47,661 nucleotides of DNA, taken from positions 1 through 47,661 of the forward strand of contig NBNH01000442.1 in assembly GCA_004379115.1 (NCBI GenBank), in the 5' to 3' direction. A program made the position numbers and the translations under genes. The notes beneath the pieces are model-generated. The model did not search any database, was not told the origin of the DNA, and saw nothing but the letters and a program-made list of their open reading frames with translations. Shown in pieces: positions 1-10,611 of this stretch (positions within the stretch are counted from its first letter, which is position 1; the number at the start of each line of letters is the position of its first letter). Origin of the DNA: Actinomycetales bacterium mxb001. GTDB taxonomy: Bacteria > Actinomycetota > Actinomycetes > S36-B12.

Positions 1-2
1 TA

Positions 3-521
3 GTGGTGGCCTCGGAGCACCGTCCCTACGGGCCTTCGCCGGTGCGCGGACGCGGCCGGCCCGCACGTGTGTTCGCGCTCACCGACGAAGGACGTCACGT
101 CTTCGATGTGGCCTACGACGACCTGGCGGTCAGCGCTCTGCGCTTCCTGCGCGTGCATGGCGGCGATTCGGCAGTGCGGGGATTCGCAGAGCAGCGCGCA
201 CTCGAGATGGTGACGCGCTATCGCGCCACCGTTCACGAAGAGGCGACCCCAGCCGGACGCTTGTCTGCTCTCGCTGAGCTGCTGACCGACGACGGCTACG
301 CCGCGACCGCGAAGGATGCTGAGGCCGGACCCCAACTGTGTCAGCATCACTGCCCCGTGAGTCATGTCGCCAGTGAATTCCCCGAGATCTGCGAGGCCGA
401 AACCCAAGCCTTCGAGGAGCTTCTCGGCACCCACGTGCTCCGCCTCGCGACCATTGGTCGCGGCGACGGGGTCTGCACCTCGCTCGTTCCGTCTCTGATG
501 AACCGGAGGACATCGGCATGA
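3..521 (+). CDS. sufR: SufR-like HTH transcriptional regulator (5' truncated by window edge)
   Basis: [11 protein letters not shown] wing motif; C-terminal Cys pattern CQHHCP...C..E...C; stop overlaps sufB start (ATGA). Confidence 0.85.
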   Translation: MVASEHRPYGPSPVRGRGRPARVFALTDEGRHVFDVAYDDLAVSALRFLRVHGGDSAVRGFAEQRALEMVTRYRATVHEEATPAGRLSALAELLTDDGYAATAKDAEAGPQLCQHHCPVSHVASEFPEICEAETQAFEELLGTHVLRLATIGRGDGVCTSLVPSLMNRRTSA

Positions 522-1930
522 CCGCTGACACGCACCCCGAACTTGAGGGCCTCGGCCGCTACGAATACGGCTGGCGCGATGCCGACGTGGCCGGATCCAT
601 CGCCAAGCGCGGTCTCAACGAAGACGTGGTTCGCGAGATCAGCGGCCTGAAGAACGAGCCCCAGTGGATGCTCGACCTGCGACTTAAGGGACTGCGGCTC
701 TTCGAGAAGAAGCCCATGCCGACGTGGGGATCAAACCTCAGTGGCATCGACTTCGACAACATCAAGTACTTCGTGCGGTCCACCGAGAAGCAGGCCACCA
801 GCTGGGACGAGTTGCCTGACGACATCAAGTCGACGTACGACCGGCTCGGCATCCCCGAAGCCGAGAAGCAGCGGCTGATCGCCGGTGTTGCGGCTCAGTA
901 CGAATCCGAGGTCGTCTACCACAAGATTCGTGAGGACCTCGAGGAGCAGGGCGTCATCTTCCTCGACACGGACACTGGCCTGCGCGAGCACGAGGACATC
1001 TTCAAGGAGTACTTCGGCTCTGTCATCCCGGTCGGCGACAACAAGTTCGCCGCCCTCAACACGGCGGTGTGGTCGGGTGGCTCCTTCATCTATGTCCCAC
1101 CGGGCGTCAATGTGGAGATCCCCCTGCAGGCGTACTTCCGCATCAACACCGAGAACATGGGCCAGTTCGAGCGCACTCTGATCATCGTCGACGAGGGCGC
1201 CTACGTGCACTACGTCGAAGGCTGCACAGCGCCGATCTACTCCTCGGATTCACTGCACTCGGCGGTGGTGGAGATCGTGGTCAAGAAGGATGCGCGTTGC
1301 CGATACACCACGATTCAGAATTGGTCCAACAACGTCTACAACCTCGTAACGAAGCGCGCAGCGGCTCACGCCGGAGCCACCATGGAGTGGATCGATGGAA
1401 ACATCGGGTCCAAGGTCACCATGAAGTACCCCGCGGTGTGGATGCTGGGGGAGCACGCCAAGGGCGAGACGCTGTCCGTGGCCTTCGCCGGTGAGGGGCA
1501 GCACCAGGATGCCGGGGCCAAGATGGTTCATGCGGCGCCTTACACGTCGTCCACCATCGTGTCCAAGTCCGTCGCCCGTGGCGGTGGTCGCACCTCGTAT
1601 CGCGGCCTCGTTCAGGTTCTTGAGGGTTCTCACGGCTCCAAGAGCACCGTCAAGTGCGACGCACTCCTGGTCGATGACATCTCACGCAGCGATACCTACC
1701 CCTACGTCGACGTGCGCGAGGACGACGTATCTATGGGGCACGAGGCCACGGTGTCAAAGATCAGTGAAGACCAATTGTTCTATCTGATGTCACGCGGTCT
1801 GTCGGAGGACGAGGCCATGGCGATGATCGTCCGTGGCTTCGTCGAGCCCATCGCCCGCGAACTGCCCATGGAGTACGCCCTCGAGCTCAACCGGCTCATC
1901 GAGTTGCAGATGGAAGGAGCGGTCGGCTGA
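518..1930 (+). CDS. sufB: Fe-S cluster assembly protein SufB
   Basis: [30 protein letters not shown]-terminal [23 protein letters not shown]. Confidence 0.98.
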   Translation: MTADTHPELEGLGRYEYGWRDADVAGSIAKRGLNEDVVREISGLKNEPQWMLDLRLKGLRLFEKKPMPTWGSNLSGIDFDNIKYFVRSTEKQATSWDELPDDIKSTYDRLGIPEAEKQRLIAGVAAQYESEVVYHKIREDLEEQGVIFLDTDTGLREHEDIFKEYFGSVIPVGDNKFAALNTAVWSGGSFIYVPPGVNVEIPLQAYFRINTENMGQFERTLIIVDEGAYVHYVEGCTAPIYSSDSLHSAVVEIVVKKDARCRYTTIQNWSNNVYNLVTKRAAAHAGATMEWIDGNIGSKVTMKYPAVWMLGEHAKGETLSVAFAGEGQHQDAGAKMVHAAPYTSSTIVSKSVARGGGRTSYRGLVQVLEGSHGSKSTVKCDALLVDDISRSDTYPYVDVREDDVSMGHEATVSKISEDQLFYLMSRGLSEDEAMAMIVRGFVEPIARELPMEYALELNRLIELQMEGAVG

Positions 1931-3072
1931 TGACCGCGACACCCGCCACCGATCACGCCCCCCGCGTCGCCTCACGACAGGTCGCCGATCACGGTGTGCC
2001 GTCGGGCCGTGAAGAGGAGTGGCGCTTCGCTCCATTGGCTCGTCTGGCCGGACTCCACTCATCCGGCGAGCCATTGACCGGTGCTGTTGCCGTTGAGGTG
2101 ACAGGTGAGGGCATCGAGGTCGAAACCGTCGGCCCGGATGACGACAGGGTCGCTCGCACCCTGGTGCCGACCGACATCGTCTCGGCGCGTGCTCTTGCCA
2201 GTGCGCGCGACGTGCGGATCATTCGAGTGCCTCGCGAGAGCGTTGGCGTTGCTCGAGTCACTGTCGTGGGTCACGGCGAGCAGGCCGGCAGTCACATCGT
2301 CATCGAGGCCGAGCCCTTTTCCACTGGCACGGTCGTGCTGGAGCATCGCGGATCCGGTGCGCTGGCGAGCAACGTCGAGATCAGGGTAGGCGATTCGGCA
2401 AAGCTGACGGTGGTATCCGTCCAGGACTGGGATCGCGATGCCGTTCACATCGCCCGGCATGATGCCGTGGTGGGTCGGGACGCCCGACTGCTCATGGGTC
2501 ACGTGACCCTGGGCGGCGACGTCGTGCGCATCCTTCCCACCGTCTCGTACGCCGCCCCGGGCGGTGACGCCGAGCTCCTCGGTCTCTTCTTCGCCGAGTC
2601 CGGGCAGTTCTTGGAGCACCGTGTCTTCGTCGATCACGCTATTCCCCAGTGCCGGAGTTTCGTCCTCTACAAGGGCGCACTGCAGGGTGAGGGGGCGCAC
2701 ACGGTGTGGATCGGCGACGTCCTCGTGCGTTCGGGTGCGACTGCCATCGACACCTACGAGGTCAATCGCAATCTGTTGCTGACCGATGGTGCGCGTGCCG
2801 ATTCCGTGCCCAACCTCGAACTCGAGACGGGTGAAATCGTCGGTGCCGGTCACGCAAGCGCGACGGGCCGTTTCGACGACGAGCAGTTGTTCTACCTGCG
2901 TGCGCGAGGGATTCCCGAGGATCTCGCTCGCGTTCTTGTAGTGAGAGGGTTCTTCACCGACGTTCTCACCCGCCTGGGCCTGCCCGACGTGACCGCGGCC
3001 GTCATGGCCTCCGTCGATGCGCGCTTGGGCGTCGACCTGGCCGGTACCGGCCTCGAGGAGGACGACGACTGA
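1930..3072 (+). CDS. sufD: Fe-S cluster assembly protein SufD
   Basis: EEWRF, ADSVPNLE, AGHASATGRFDDEQLFYL; follows sufB with TGATG coupling. Confidence 0.95.
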   Translation: MTATPATDHAPRVASRQVADHGVPSGREEEWRFAPLARLAGLHSSGEPLTGAVAVEVTGEGIEVETVGPDDDRVARTLVPTDIVSARALASARDVRIIRVPRESVGVARVTVVGHGEQAGSHIVIEAEPFSTGTVVLEHRGSGALASNVEIRVGDSAKLTVVSVQDWDRDAVHIARHDAVVGRDARLLMGHVTLGGDVVRILPTVSYAAPGGDAELLGLFFAESGQFLEHRVFVDHAIPQCRSFVLYKGALQGEGAHTVWIGDVLVRSGATAIDTYEVNRNLLLTDGARADSVPNLELETGEIVGAGHASATGRFDDEQLFYLRARGIPEDLARVLVVRGFFTDVLTRLGLPDVTAAVMASVDARLGVDLAGTGLEEDDD

Positions 3073-3419
3073 TGCCCATGATCGACGTCTGCGCGGTGGG
3101 CGACATCCCCGACAACGGCTCCTTGCGCGTCATGATCGGCGATCGCGCCGTTGCGGTGGCACGTTGCGATGGCGAGGTCTACGCGATCCTCGATGTCTGC
3201 TCGCATGCCGATGTTCCCCTGTCTGAGGGCGAGGTCGCCGACTGCGCTATCGAATGCTGGCTGCACGGCTCGGCGTTCGATCTGCGAACCGGTGTGCCCC
3301 TGTCGCTCCCGGCTACCGTTCCCGTTCCCGTCTTCGCGGTCGAGGTCCAGGGTGAGGGCGATAGCGCTCGCGTCTTGGTCGCGGACGCATCCGTATCCGT
3401 CCCGGGCCCCTCGGCCTAG
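3072..3419 (+). CDS. Rieske-type [2Fe-2S] ferredoxin
   Basis: CSH...ECWLHGSAFDLRTG Rieske motifs; located inside the suf operon. Confidence 0.92.
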   Translation: MPMIDVCAVGDIPDNGSLRVMIGDRAVAVARCDGEVYAILDVCSHADVPLSEGEVADCAIECWLHGSAFDLRTGVPLSLPATVPVPVFAVEVQGEGDSARVLVADASVSVPGPSA

Positions 3420-3438
3420 CAATTCCTAAGGAGAAGGC

Positions 3439-4203
3439 ATGTCCACCCTGGAAATCAAGGACCTTCACGCGTCCGTCGAGACCGAATCGGGTCCGCGCGA
3501 GATCCTGCAGGGCGTCACTTTGACGGTCAAGGCGGGGGAGACGCACGCCGTCATGGGACCTAACGGTTCGGGCAAGTCGACGCTGGCCTACGTCATCGCG
3601 GGTCACCCCAAATACACGGTGACTAGCGGCTCGATCACGCTTGACGGCAACGACGTGCTCGACATGAGTGTCGACGAGCGCGCCCGGGCGGGGCTCTTCC
3701 TCGCCATGCAATACCCGGTCGAGGTGCCCGGTGTCTCCGTCTCCAACTTCCTGCGCACGTCGGTCACCGCGGTGCGCGGTGAGGCTCCGAAGCTCCGGCT
3801 GTGGGTCAAGGAGATGAAGGCGGCGATGGAGGCCCTGTCGATCGACCCGTCCTTCGCTGAGCGCAGCGTCAACGAAGGATTCTCCGGCGGCGAGAAGAAG
3901 CGCCACGAGATTCTGCAACTGGAGTTGCTCAAGCCCAAGATCGCGGTTCTCGACGAGACCGACTCGGGCCTCGATGTCGACGCTTTGAAGATCGTGGCAG
4001 AGGGTGTCAACAGGTTCCAGGCCGACGGCACGACCGGCACGCTCCTCATCACGCACTACACGCGGATCCTTCGCTACATCCATCCCCAATTCGTGCATGT
4101 CTTCTTCGACGGGCGCATCGTGGAGAGCGGTGGTCCCGAACTCGCGACCCAACTCGAGGACGAGGGCTATGAGCGCTTCATCAAGGCGGCATCGCCGGCG
4201 TGA
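3439..4203 (+). CDS. sufC: Fe-S cluster assembly ATPase SufC
   Basis: GPNGSGKST, FSGGEKKR, LDETDSGLD; AAGGAG SD upstream. Confidence 0.97.
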   Translation: MSTLEIKDLHASVETESGPREILQGVTLTVKAGETHAVMGPNGSGKSTLAYVIAGHPKYTVTSGSITLDGNDVLDMSVDERARAGLFLAMQYPVEVPGVSVSNFLRTSVTAVRGEAPKLRLWVKEMKAAMEALSIDPSFAERSVNEGFSGGEKKRHEILQLELLKPKIAVLDETDSGLDVDALKIVAEGVNRFQADGTTGTLLITHYTRILRYIHPQFVHVFFDGRIVESGGPELATQLEDEGYERFIKAASPA

Positions 4204-5510
4204 GCACTCTTCAGCAGGCCAGCGGGCACTCGATCGACGTCGAGCGCCTACGGCAGCAATTCCCGATCCTGTCGCGGACCGTCCGCGCCGATCAGCGGCT
4301 CGTCTACCTTGATTCGGGTGCCACGTCGCAAAAGCCCCTGGCGGTCCTGGATGCCGAGCGCGAGTACTACCTGACGAGCAACGCGGCCGTGCACCGAGGT
4401 GCCCACCAACTCGCCGAGGAGGCGACCGAAGCCTACGAGGGCAGCCGGGCACGGATTGCCCGGTTCGTGGGCGCACGTGCCGAACAACTGGTGTTCACGC
4501 GCAATGCGACCGAGTCGATCAACCTTCTGGCCTACGCGTTCAGCAACACCACCGACAAGGCGCGTCTCGGATCGCCTCGCCCGGAGGGCTCGGACCGACT
4601 GGTGTTGCGACCGGGCGACGAGATCCTCGTTACCGAGATGGAGCATCACGCCAACCTGGTGCCCTGGCAAGAGGTCTGCGACAAGACAGGTGCCACCCTG
4701 CGTTGGATCGGGCTCACCCACGACGGCCGACTCGACCTCAGCGACCTCGGCACGCTCGTCAATGAGCGCACCCGCGTTGTCTCATTCGTCCATCAGTCCA
4801 ATCTGGTGGGCACGATCAATCCTGTTCACGAAATCACCCAGGCTGCTCGTTCGGTCGGCGCGTGGGTCTTCCTTGACGCGTGTCAGTCGATTCCGCATAT
4901 GCCGGTCGATGTCTCGACGCTCGGAGTGGACGCCGTCTCCTGGAGCGGGCACAAGATGCTGGGGCCCACCGGCATCGGCTGCCTCTGGGCGACCGAGGAG
5001 CTCCTCTTCGCCATGCCGCCCTTCATCTCGGGCGGTTCGATGATCGAGACCGTCACGATGGAGCGCTCCACCTACGCTGACCCGCCCAAGCGATTCGAGG
5101 CTGGCGTCCCCATGGTGGCCCAAGCGGTGGGGCTGGCGGCCGCATGCGACATGCTCGATGACCTCGGCATGGACAACGTGGCCGCTCATGATGGTGATCT
5201 GACGGCCTACTCGCTGGAGCGCATGGCTGAGCTTCCTGCCGTCCGGGTCGTCGGGCCGACGTCTACGCACATGCGCGGCAGCGCGATCTCGTTCGTCGTC
5301 GATGGTGTTCACCCCCATGATGTCGGTCAGGTGCTCGACAGCCGCGGCATCGCTGTGCGCGTTGGCCACCACTGTGCATGGCCCGCATGCCGCGCCCTCG
5401 GGGTTCCAGCGACCACCCGGATTTCGCCCTACGTCTACAACGATCGCGCCGACATCGACGCCTTCATCGACGCCCTTGCCAGCGTTCGAGATGTCTTCGG
5501 GGTTCGCTGA
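4200..5510 (+). CDS. sufS: SufS-family cysteine desulfurase
   Basis: YLDSGATSQKP, MEHHAN, SGHKMLGPTG (PLP Lys), RVGHHCA (catalytic Cys). Confidence 0.96.
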   Translation: MSTLQQASGHSIDVERLRQQFPILSRTVRADQRLVYLDSGATSQKPLAVLDAEREYYLTSNAAVHRGAHQLAEEATEAYEGSRARIARFVGARAEQLVFTRNATESINLLAYAFSNTTDKARLGSPRPEGSDRLVLRPGDEILVTEMEHHANLVPWQEVCDKTGATLRWIGLTHDGRLDLSDLGTLVNERTRVVSFVHQSNLVGTINPVHEITQAARSVGAWVFLDACQSIPHMPVDVSTLGVDAVSWSGHKMLGPTGIGCLWATEELLFAMPPFISGGSMIETVTMERSTYADPPKRFEAGVPMVAQAVGLAAACDMLDDLGMDNVAAHDGDLTAYSLERMAELPAVRVVGPTSTHMRGSAISFVVDGVHPHDVGQVLDSRGIAVRVGHHCAWPACRALGVPATTRISPYVYNDRADIDAFIDALASVRDVFGVR

Positions 5511-5962
5511 TGCAAGACCTCTACCAGGAGATCATCCTCGACCACTACCGCAATCCCCAGGGTCGAGGCCTGCGCGAGCCTTTCGAGGCTCAGGTTCATC
5601 ACGTCAACCCCACATGTGGCGACGAGATCGACCTGCGCCTGCATCTATCGACTATCGATGGCGTCACGGTCGTCGACGACGTGTCCTACGAGGGGCAGGG
5701 GTGCTCCATCTCGCAGGCGTCAGCGAGTGTGCTCTATGACTCGGTGGTCGGTCAGCCGCTCGACGAAGCACTCGCGTCCCTGGATCGGTTCCAGGAGATG
5801 CTGCAGTCGAAGGGCGAGATCTCGGGCGATGAGGAGACCATGGGCGATGCCGTCGCCTTCGCTGGTGTGGCCAAGTACCCGGCGCGCGTGAAGTGCGCCC
5901 TCCTGCCCTGGATGGCCTGGAAGGACGCCGTGGTGCGCGTGACCGAAGGAGAGAACCGATGA
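5510..5962 (+). CDS. sufU: SufU Fe-S assembly/sulfur-transfer protein
   Basis: LYQEIILDHY, NPTCGD, GCSISQAS, RVKCA; start moved to ATG 5510 (TGATG overlap with sufS). Confidence 0.94.
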   Translation: MQDLYQEIILDHYRNPQGRGLREPFEAQVHHVNPTCGDEIDLRLHLSTIDGVTVVDDVSYEGQGCSISQASASVLYDSVVGQPLDEALASLDRFQEMLQSKGEISGDEETMGDAVAFAGVAKYPARVKCALLPWMAWKDAVVRVTEGENR

Positions 5963-6273
5963 GCCAGAGCACCTCCGAGGACGTCTGGGAGGCACTGAAA
6001 GACGTCGTCGATCCCGAACTGGGAATCAACGTGGTCGACCTCGGGCTCGTCTACGACGTCCATATCGACGATGGCAACAGAGCGACACTCGACATGACCT
6101 TGACGTCCGCGGCGTGTCCCCTGACCGACGTCATCGAGGACCAGACGCGGGCCGCCCTCGATGGCGTGGTCTCGGACTTTGCCATCAACTGGGTGTGGCT
6201 GCCGCCATGGGGCCCTGACAAGATCACCGATGACGGTCGCGAGATGCTGAGGGCGCTCGGCTTCAACGTGTGA
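5959..6273 (+). CDS. sufT: DUF59/SufT metal-sulfur cluster assembly factor
   Basis: DPELGINVVDLGL, MTLTSAACP, WLPPW; start ATG 5959 after GAAGGAG. Confidence 0.9.
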   Translation: MSQSTSEDVWEALKDVVDPELGINVVDLGLVYDVHIDDGNRATLDMTLTSAACPLTDVIEDQTRAALDGVVSDFAINWVWLPPWGPDKITDDGREMLRALGFNV

Positions 6274-6290
6274 CGTAGGCTTGCGGCCTT

Positions 6291-7889
6291 GTGATCACCG
6301 CGTCCGGCATCGAGCTTCGTGCCGGTCCACGTCTCCTTCTCACTGACGCCTCCCTGCGCATCGGGTCAGGCGACCGCATCGGGCTCGTAGGGCGCAATGG
6401 TGCCGGCAAGACGACTCTCACCAAAGTCCTCGCGGGTGAGGCACTACCGGCCGCTGGGACGATCACGCGTACGGGCACCGTTGGCTACCTCCCGCAAGAT
6501 CCGCGGACGGGCGATCTCGAGGTCCGCGCGCGCGACCGCATCCTCGGTGCACGTGGTCTGGCAGATGCCGCACAACGGATGAGTTTGGCGGCAGACCGCA
6601 TGGCCAGTGACAGCGACGCAGAGCGAGAGCGCGCCATGCGCGCCTATGACGCGGCAACCCGCGAGTTCGAGACTCGAGGCGGATATGCCGCCGATGCCGA
6701 GGCGGCCAGCATCGCCGCAAGTCTTGGCCTGCCCGAGCGCGTGCTCGGCCAGGCCCTCGGGACGCTCTCGGGCGGTCAACGTCGCCGCGTCGAGCTCGCT
6801 CGAATCCTGTTCGGTGGCTACGACGTCCTGCTACTCGACGAACCGACCAACCATCTCGACGCCGATTCGATCGGATGGCTGCGTCGGTTTCTCGGCTCCT
6901 TTCCGGGGGGATTCGTCGTGATCAGTCACGATGCCGCCCTGCTCGAGGCCACGGTCAACACCGTCGTGCACCTCGATGCCAATCGAGCAGAGCTTGACAC
7001 CTACTCCATGGGCTGGAAGGCCTATCTCCTTCAGCGAGAGACCGATGAACGCCGTCGCCGGCGCGAGCGGTCCAATGCCGAGCGGCAAGCCTCCGCACTG
7101 CGTGAGCAGGCCGAGCGCATGCGTGCCAAGGCCACCAAGGCGCGTGCGGCTCAGTCGATGCTCAAGCGCGCGGACCGGCTCGTGACGGGCTTGGAGGCTC
7201 AGCGTGCGACTGATCGAGTGGCACGTATCCGTTTTCCTGAGCCCGCACCCTGTGGAAAGACACCGTTGTCCGCCAGTGGACTGTCTCGGTCCTACGGCTC
7301 CCAAGAAGTGTTCACGGACGTCGACCTCGCCGTCGACCGAGGATCACGCGTCGTGATCCTCGGGTTAAATGGGGCTGGCAAGACGACACTGCTACGCATC
7401 CTTGCGGGTATCGATGAACCTGACACCGGCGAGGTCATCCTCGGTCACGGTGCACGCGTCGGCTATTACGCCCAGGAACACGAGACCCTCGATCCCGACC
7501 GCACGGTCCTGCACAGCCTCGTGAGCGTCGCCCCAGACTTGGCTGAAACTGAATGCCGAAGGATCCTCGGCTCCTTCCTCTTCACGGGCGATGACGTCGA
7601 CAAGCCCACGTCCGTGCTGTCCGGAGGCGAGAAGACGCGATTGGCTCTGGCCCTCCTGGTCGTGTCCAGCGCCAATGTGCTGCTCCTCGATGAGCCCACG
7701 AACAACCTCGACCCGGCGAGCCGTGAAGAGATCCTGCGCGCGCTCGGTGGATACCGGGGCGCCGTGGTCCTCGTAACCCACGACGAGGGAGCGGTGCGGG
7801 CCCTCGACCCCGAGCGCGTCGTCATCCTGCCCGAGGGCGACGAGGACCTGTGGAATGACGACTACGCTGAGTTGGTTTCCCTAGCATGA
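6291..7889 (+). CDS. ABC-F family ATPase (ribosome-associated type)
   Basis: Two ABC domains (GRNGAGKT/LSGGQ/DEPTNHL; GLNGAGKT/LSGGE/DEPTNNL), charged helical linker, no TM segments. Confidence 0.92.
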   Translation: MITASGIELRAGPRLLLTDASLRIGSGDRIGLVGRNGAGKTTLTKVLAGEALPAAGTITRTGTVGYLPQDPRTGDLEVRARDRILGARGLADAAQRMSLAADRMASDSDAERERAMRAYDAATREFETRGGYAADAEAASIAASLGLPERVLGQALGTLSGGQRRRVELARILFGGYDVLLLDEPTNHLDADSIGWLRRFLGSFPGGFVVISHDAALLEATVNTVVHLDANRAELDTYSMGWKAYLLQRETDERRRRRERSNAERQASALREQAERMRAKATKARAAQSMLKRADRLVTGLEAQRATDRVARIRFPEPAPCGKTPLSASGLSRSYGSQEVFTDVDLAVDRGSRVVILGLNGAGKTTLLRILAGIDEPDTGEVILGHGARVGYYAQEHETLDPDRTVLHSLVSVAPDLAETECRRILGSFLFTGDDVDKPTSVLSGGEKTRLALALLVVSSANVLLLDEPTNNLDPASREEILRALGGYRGAVVLVTHDEGAVRALDPERVVILPEGDEDLWNDDYAELVSLA

Positions 7890-7916
7890 CGCGTTCACGA
7901 AGGCAGAGGAGTTTCG

Positions 7917-8729
7917 GTGGCTGATCCCTGGGGCGGCATCGATCCGGACCTCCTCAACCGAGCCAGGCTGAGGGTGTCGGCCAGCGACCGGGTCCTCACC
8001 ATCACCCTGGATCGCCCGGAGGCGCGCAACGCGCAGACACCCGTCACGTGGACTGCACTGGCGGCTGTGGGCGACGTCGTCCGCGCCAACGACGGTGATG
8101 TCGACGCGATCGTGGTGACCGGTTCGGGTCCTTCCTTCTCGGCCGGGCTCGACCGGCGCATGTTCACACCTGAGGGCATTCCGGGCGAGCTCTCGCTGAT
8201 GAGCATGGCCGCCATGGATGACACAGGAATCGATCGGACGATCGAGAAGATCCAGTCGGGATTCACGTGGCTGCGTGAGGTGCCGGCACTCTCGATCGCC
8301 GTCGTTCAGGGTCACGCCATCGGAGCAGGCTTCCAGCTGGCACTGGCGTGCGACCTCATCTTCGCGGCCCCCGATGCGCGTTTCGCGATGCGCGAGACAT
8401 CCTGGGGGCTCGTGCCCGATCTCGCGGGCACCTGGCCGCTCGTACGCGCCGCGGGTTATGGCCGCGCCTTGGAGATCTGTGCCACCGGCCGTGAGGTCAG
8501 CGCCGACGAGGGCTACGGCCTGGGATTCGTCACGCGCATCGATGCCGATCCGGCCGTGGCAACCGAGCAATTCCTGGCGGCGCTGCGTGCCACGCCCCCC
8601 GGCTCTGTCCGCGACCTCACGGCGCTGCTGCGCGGAGCCGACGATCGCACCGCCGCCGAGCAGCGGGCAGCCGAGCGCTCCGCTCAGGCCGTGCGCCTTC
8701 GCTCGCTCCTGGCGCTCATGGGCGGCTGA
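7917..8729 (+). CDS. Enoyl-CoA hydratase/isomerase family protein
   Basis: FSAGLD, GHAIGAGFQLALACD, E..WGLVPD; GAGGAG SD. Confidence 0.9.
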   Translation: MADPWGGIDPDLLNRARLRVSASDRVLTITLDRPEARNAQTPVTWTALAAVGDVVRANDGDVDAIVVTGSGPSFSAGLDRRMFTPEGIPGELSLMSMAAMDDTGIDRTIEKIQSGFTWLREVPALSIAVVQGHAIGAGFQLALACDLIFAAPDARFAMRETSWGLVPDLAGTWPLVRAAGYGRALEICATGREVSADEGYGLGFVTRIDADPAVATEQFLAALRATPPGSVRDLTALLRGADDRTAAEQRAAERSAQAVRLRSLLALMGG

Positions 8730-8730
8730 C

Positions 8731-10590
8731 GTGTCAGGCGTCAACCCCTGGTCGGTCTACCAGTCGCTCACCCGCGATCCGTCGCAGGTGAAGAGGGTCG
8801 AACGCGGCGTCCTGAGACGCATCCTCACCTACGCACGGCCCTACAAGGCGCTCGTGGTGGCCTTTCTCATCACGTTGGTCTTCGCCTCGCTCCTGACGGT
8901 TGCCCAGCCGCTGCTGTTCCGCCAGATCGTCGACAACGGCATCTCGCAAGGCAACGCCACGCTGGTGACGGTCCTTGCGCTGTGCATCGCAGGTCTGGCG
9001 ATTCTCGATGCACTCGTCGGAGTCATCGGGCGGTGGTACTCAGCGCGAATCGGTGAGGGCCTCATCTTCGACCTGCGCACCCAGGTGTACGGCCATGTCC
9101 AAGAGCAGTCCATTGCCTTTTTCACCCGCGCCCAGACCGGCGCGCTCGTCTCGCGACTCAACTCCGACGTCATCGGCGCCCAGCAGGCTTTCACCTCGAC
9201 GCTCAGCGGCGTTGTGGGCAATGTCATCACGGTGACGATCGTGCTCATCACCATGTTCATCCTGTCCTGGCAGGTGACCATTCTGTCCCTCATCCTCGTT
9301 CCGCTCTTTCTCTTCCCGGCACGCTGGATGGGCCGCCGGCTGCAGTCGCTCACCAAGGAGCAGATGACGGTCAACGCCCAGATGAGCACCCAGATGACCG
9401 AGCGCTTCAATGTCGCTGGCGCCCTGCTCGTGACCCTGTTCGGTCGATCACGCGACGAGAAGTCGGACTTCTCGGGTCGCGCCGCTCGAGTGAGAGACGC
9501 CGGCATCTCCATCGCCATGGCCAACCGGTGGTTCTTCACGGCCCTGCTCCTCGTGGGCTCCATCGCGACAGCGGTGGCGTATGGCGTCGGCGGCAACCTG
9601 GTGATCTCCGGGGCGATCACGCTCGGCACGCTTCTTGCCCTGGTCGCCCTGCTCGCCCAGCTGTACGGCCCATTGACGGCACTGTCGAATGTCCGGATCG
9701 ATGTCATGACCGCCCTCGTGAGCTTCGAGCGGGTCTTCGAGGTTCTCGACCTGCCCCCACTGGTTCGCCAATCGCCCTCCGCCGTGCCAGTGCCGTCCGG
9801 GCCGCTCGGGGTGACCTTCGATCACGTGGCATTTCGATACCCGACGGCGTCGGAGGTCTCACTGGCCTCCCTGGAGTCCGTGGCGCGTGCGGAGGAACCT
9901 CGCGGCGAGGCAGCCGTGCTGCACGACATCACCTTCACGGCCGAACCCGGTCAGCTGGTCGCGCTCGTCGGGCCATCGGGTGCTGGCAAGACAACAATCA
10001 CGGCACTCATCCCCAGGCTCTACGACGCGACGAGTGGCAGTGTCCGTGTGGGCGACGTAGACGTTCGTGACCTCGAACTCGAGTCACTGCGCGGAGCGAT
10101 CGGCGTCGTCACCCAGGACGCCCACATGTTCCACGACACGATCGGAGCCAACCTCCGGTATGCCCGACCAGAGGCCACGGATGAGCAGATCCGCGAGGCA
10201 CTGCGCGGCGCACATATCCTCGACTTGATCGACAGTCTCCCCAACGGCCTCGACACAGTCGTCGGTGACCGGGGCTATCGACTGTCGGGTGGAGAGAAGC
10301 AGCGGATCGCCATCGCTCGGCTCCTGCTCAAAGCCCCGCGAGTCGTCATCCTGGACGAAGCCACAGCTCATCTGGATTCCGAGAGCGAGGCAGCTGTGCA
10401 GGAGGCCCTGTCCACCGCGCTGTCAGGGCGCACGTCGATCGTCATTGCCCACCGCCTGTCGACGATTCGTCAGGCCGATGTGATCCTGGTGATCGAAGAC
10501 GGCCGCATTGTCGAGCGTGGGAGCCATGATGAGCTCCTCGCCCGCAGTGGCCTCTACGCAACCTTGCACGCGACGCAATTCACCGACTGA
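8731..10590 (+). CDS. ABC exporter, fused TMD-NBD
   Basis: Hydrophobic N-terminal helices; GPSGAGKT, LSGGEKQR, LDEATAHLD; start moved to GTG 8731 just after the upstream stop. Confidence 0.92.
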   Translation: MSGVNPWSVYQSLTRDPSQVKRVERGVLRRILTYARPYKALVVAFLITLVFASLLTVAQPLLFRQIVDNGISQGNATLVTVLALCIAGLAILDALVGVIGRWYSARIGEGLIFDLRTQVYGHVQEQSIAFFTRAQTGALVSRLNSDVIGAQQAFTSTLSGVVGNVITVTIVLITMFILSWQVTILSLILVPLFLFPARWMGRRLQSLTKEQMTVNAQMSTQMTERFNVAGALLVTLFGRSRDEKSDFSGRAARVRDAGISIAMANRWFFTALLLVGSIATAVAYGVGGNLVISGAITLGTLLALVALLAQLYGPLTALSNVRIDVMTALVSFERVFEVLDLPPLVRQSPSAVPVPSGPLGVTFDHVAFRYPTASEVSLASLESVARAEEPRGEAAVLHDITFTAEPGQLVALVGPSGAGKTTITALIPRLYDATSGSVRVGDVDVRDLELESLRGAIGVVTQDAHMFHDTIGANLRYARPEATDEQIREALRGAHILDLIDSLPNGLDTVVGDRGYRLSGGEKQRIAIARLLLKAPRVVILDEATAHLDSESEAAVQEALSTALSGRTSIVIAHRLSTIRQADVILVIEDGRIVERGSHDELLARSGLYATLHATQFTD

Positions 10591-10611
10591 AGCTGGCGAC
10601 GCCGGCCGGGC

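Noticed and set aside
3072-3419. Rieske ferredoxin in the suf operon as a novelty
   Set aside because: Common arrangement in actinobacterial suf operons
8218-8730. N-terminal extension of the ABC exporter (also 29568-30236 for MerR and 21276-21623 for TrmH)
   Set aside because: Off-frame read-through of upstream genes, typical of high-GC DNA with few stop codons
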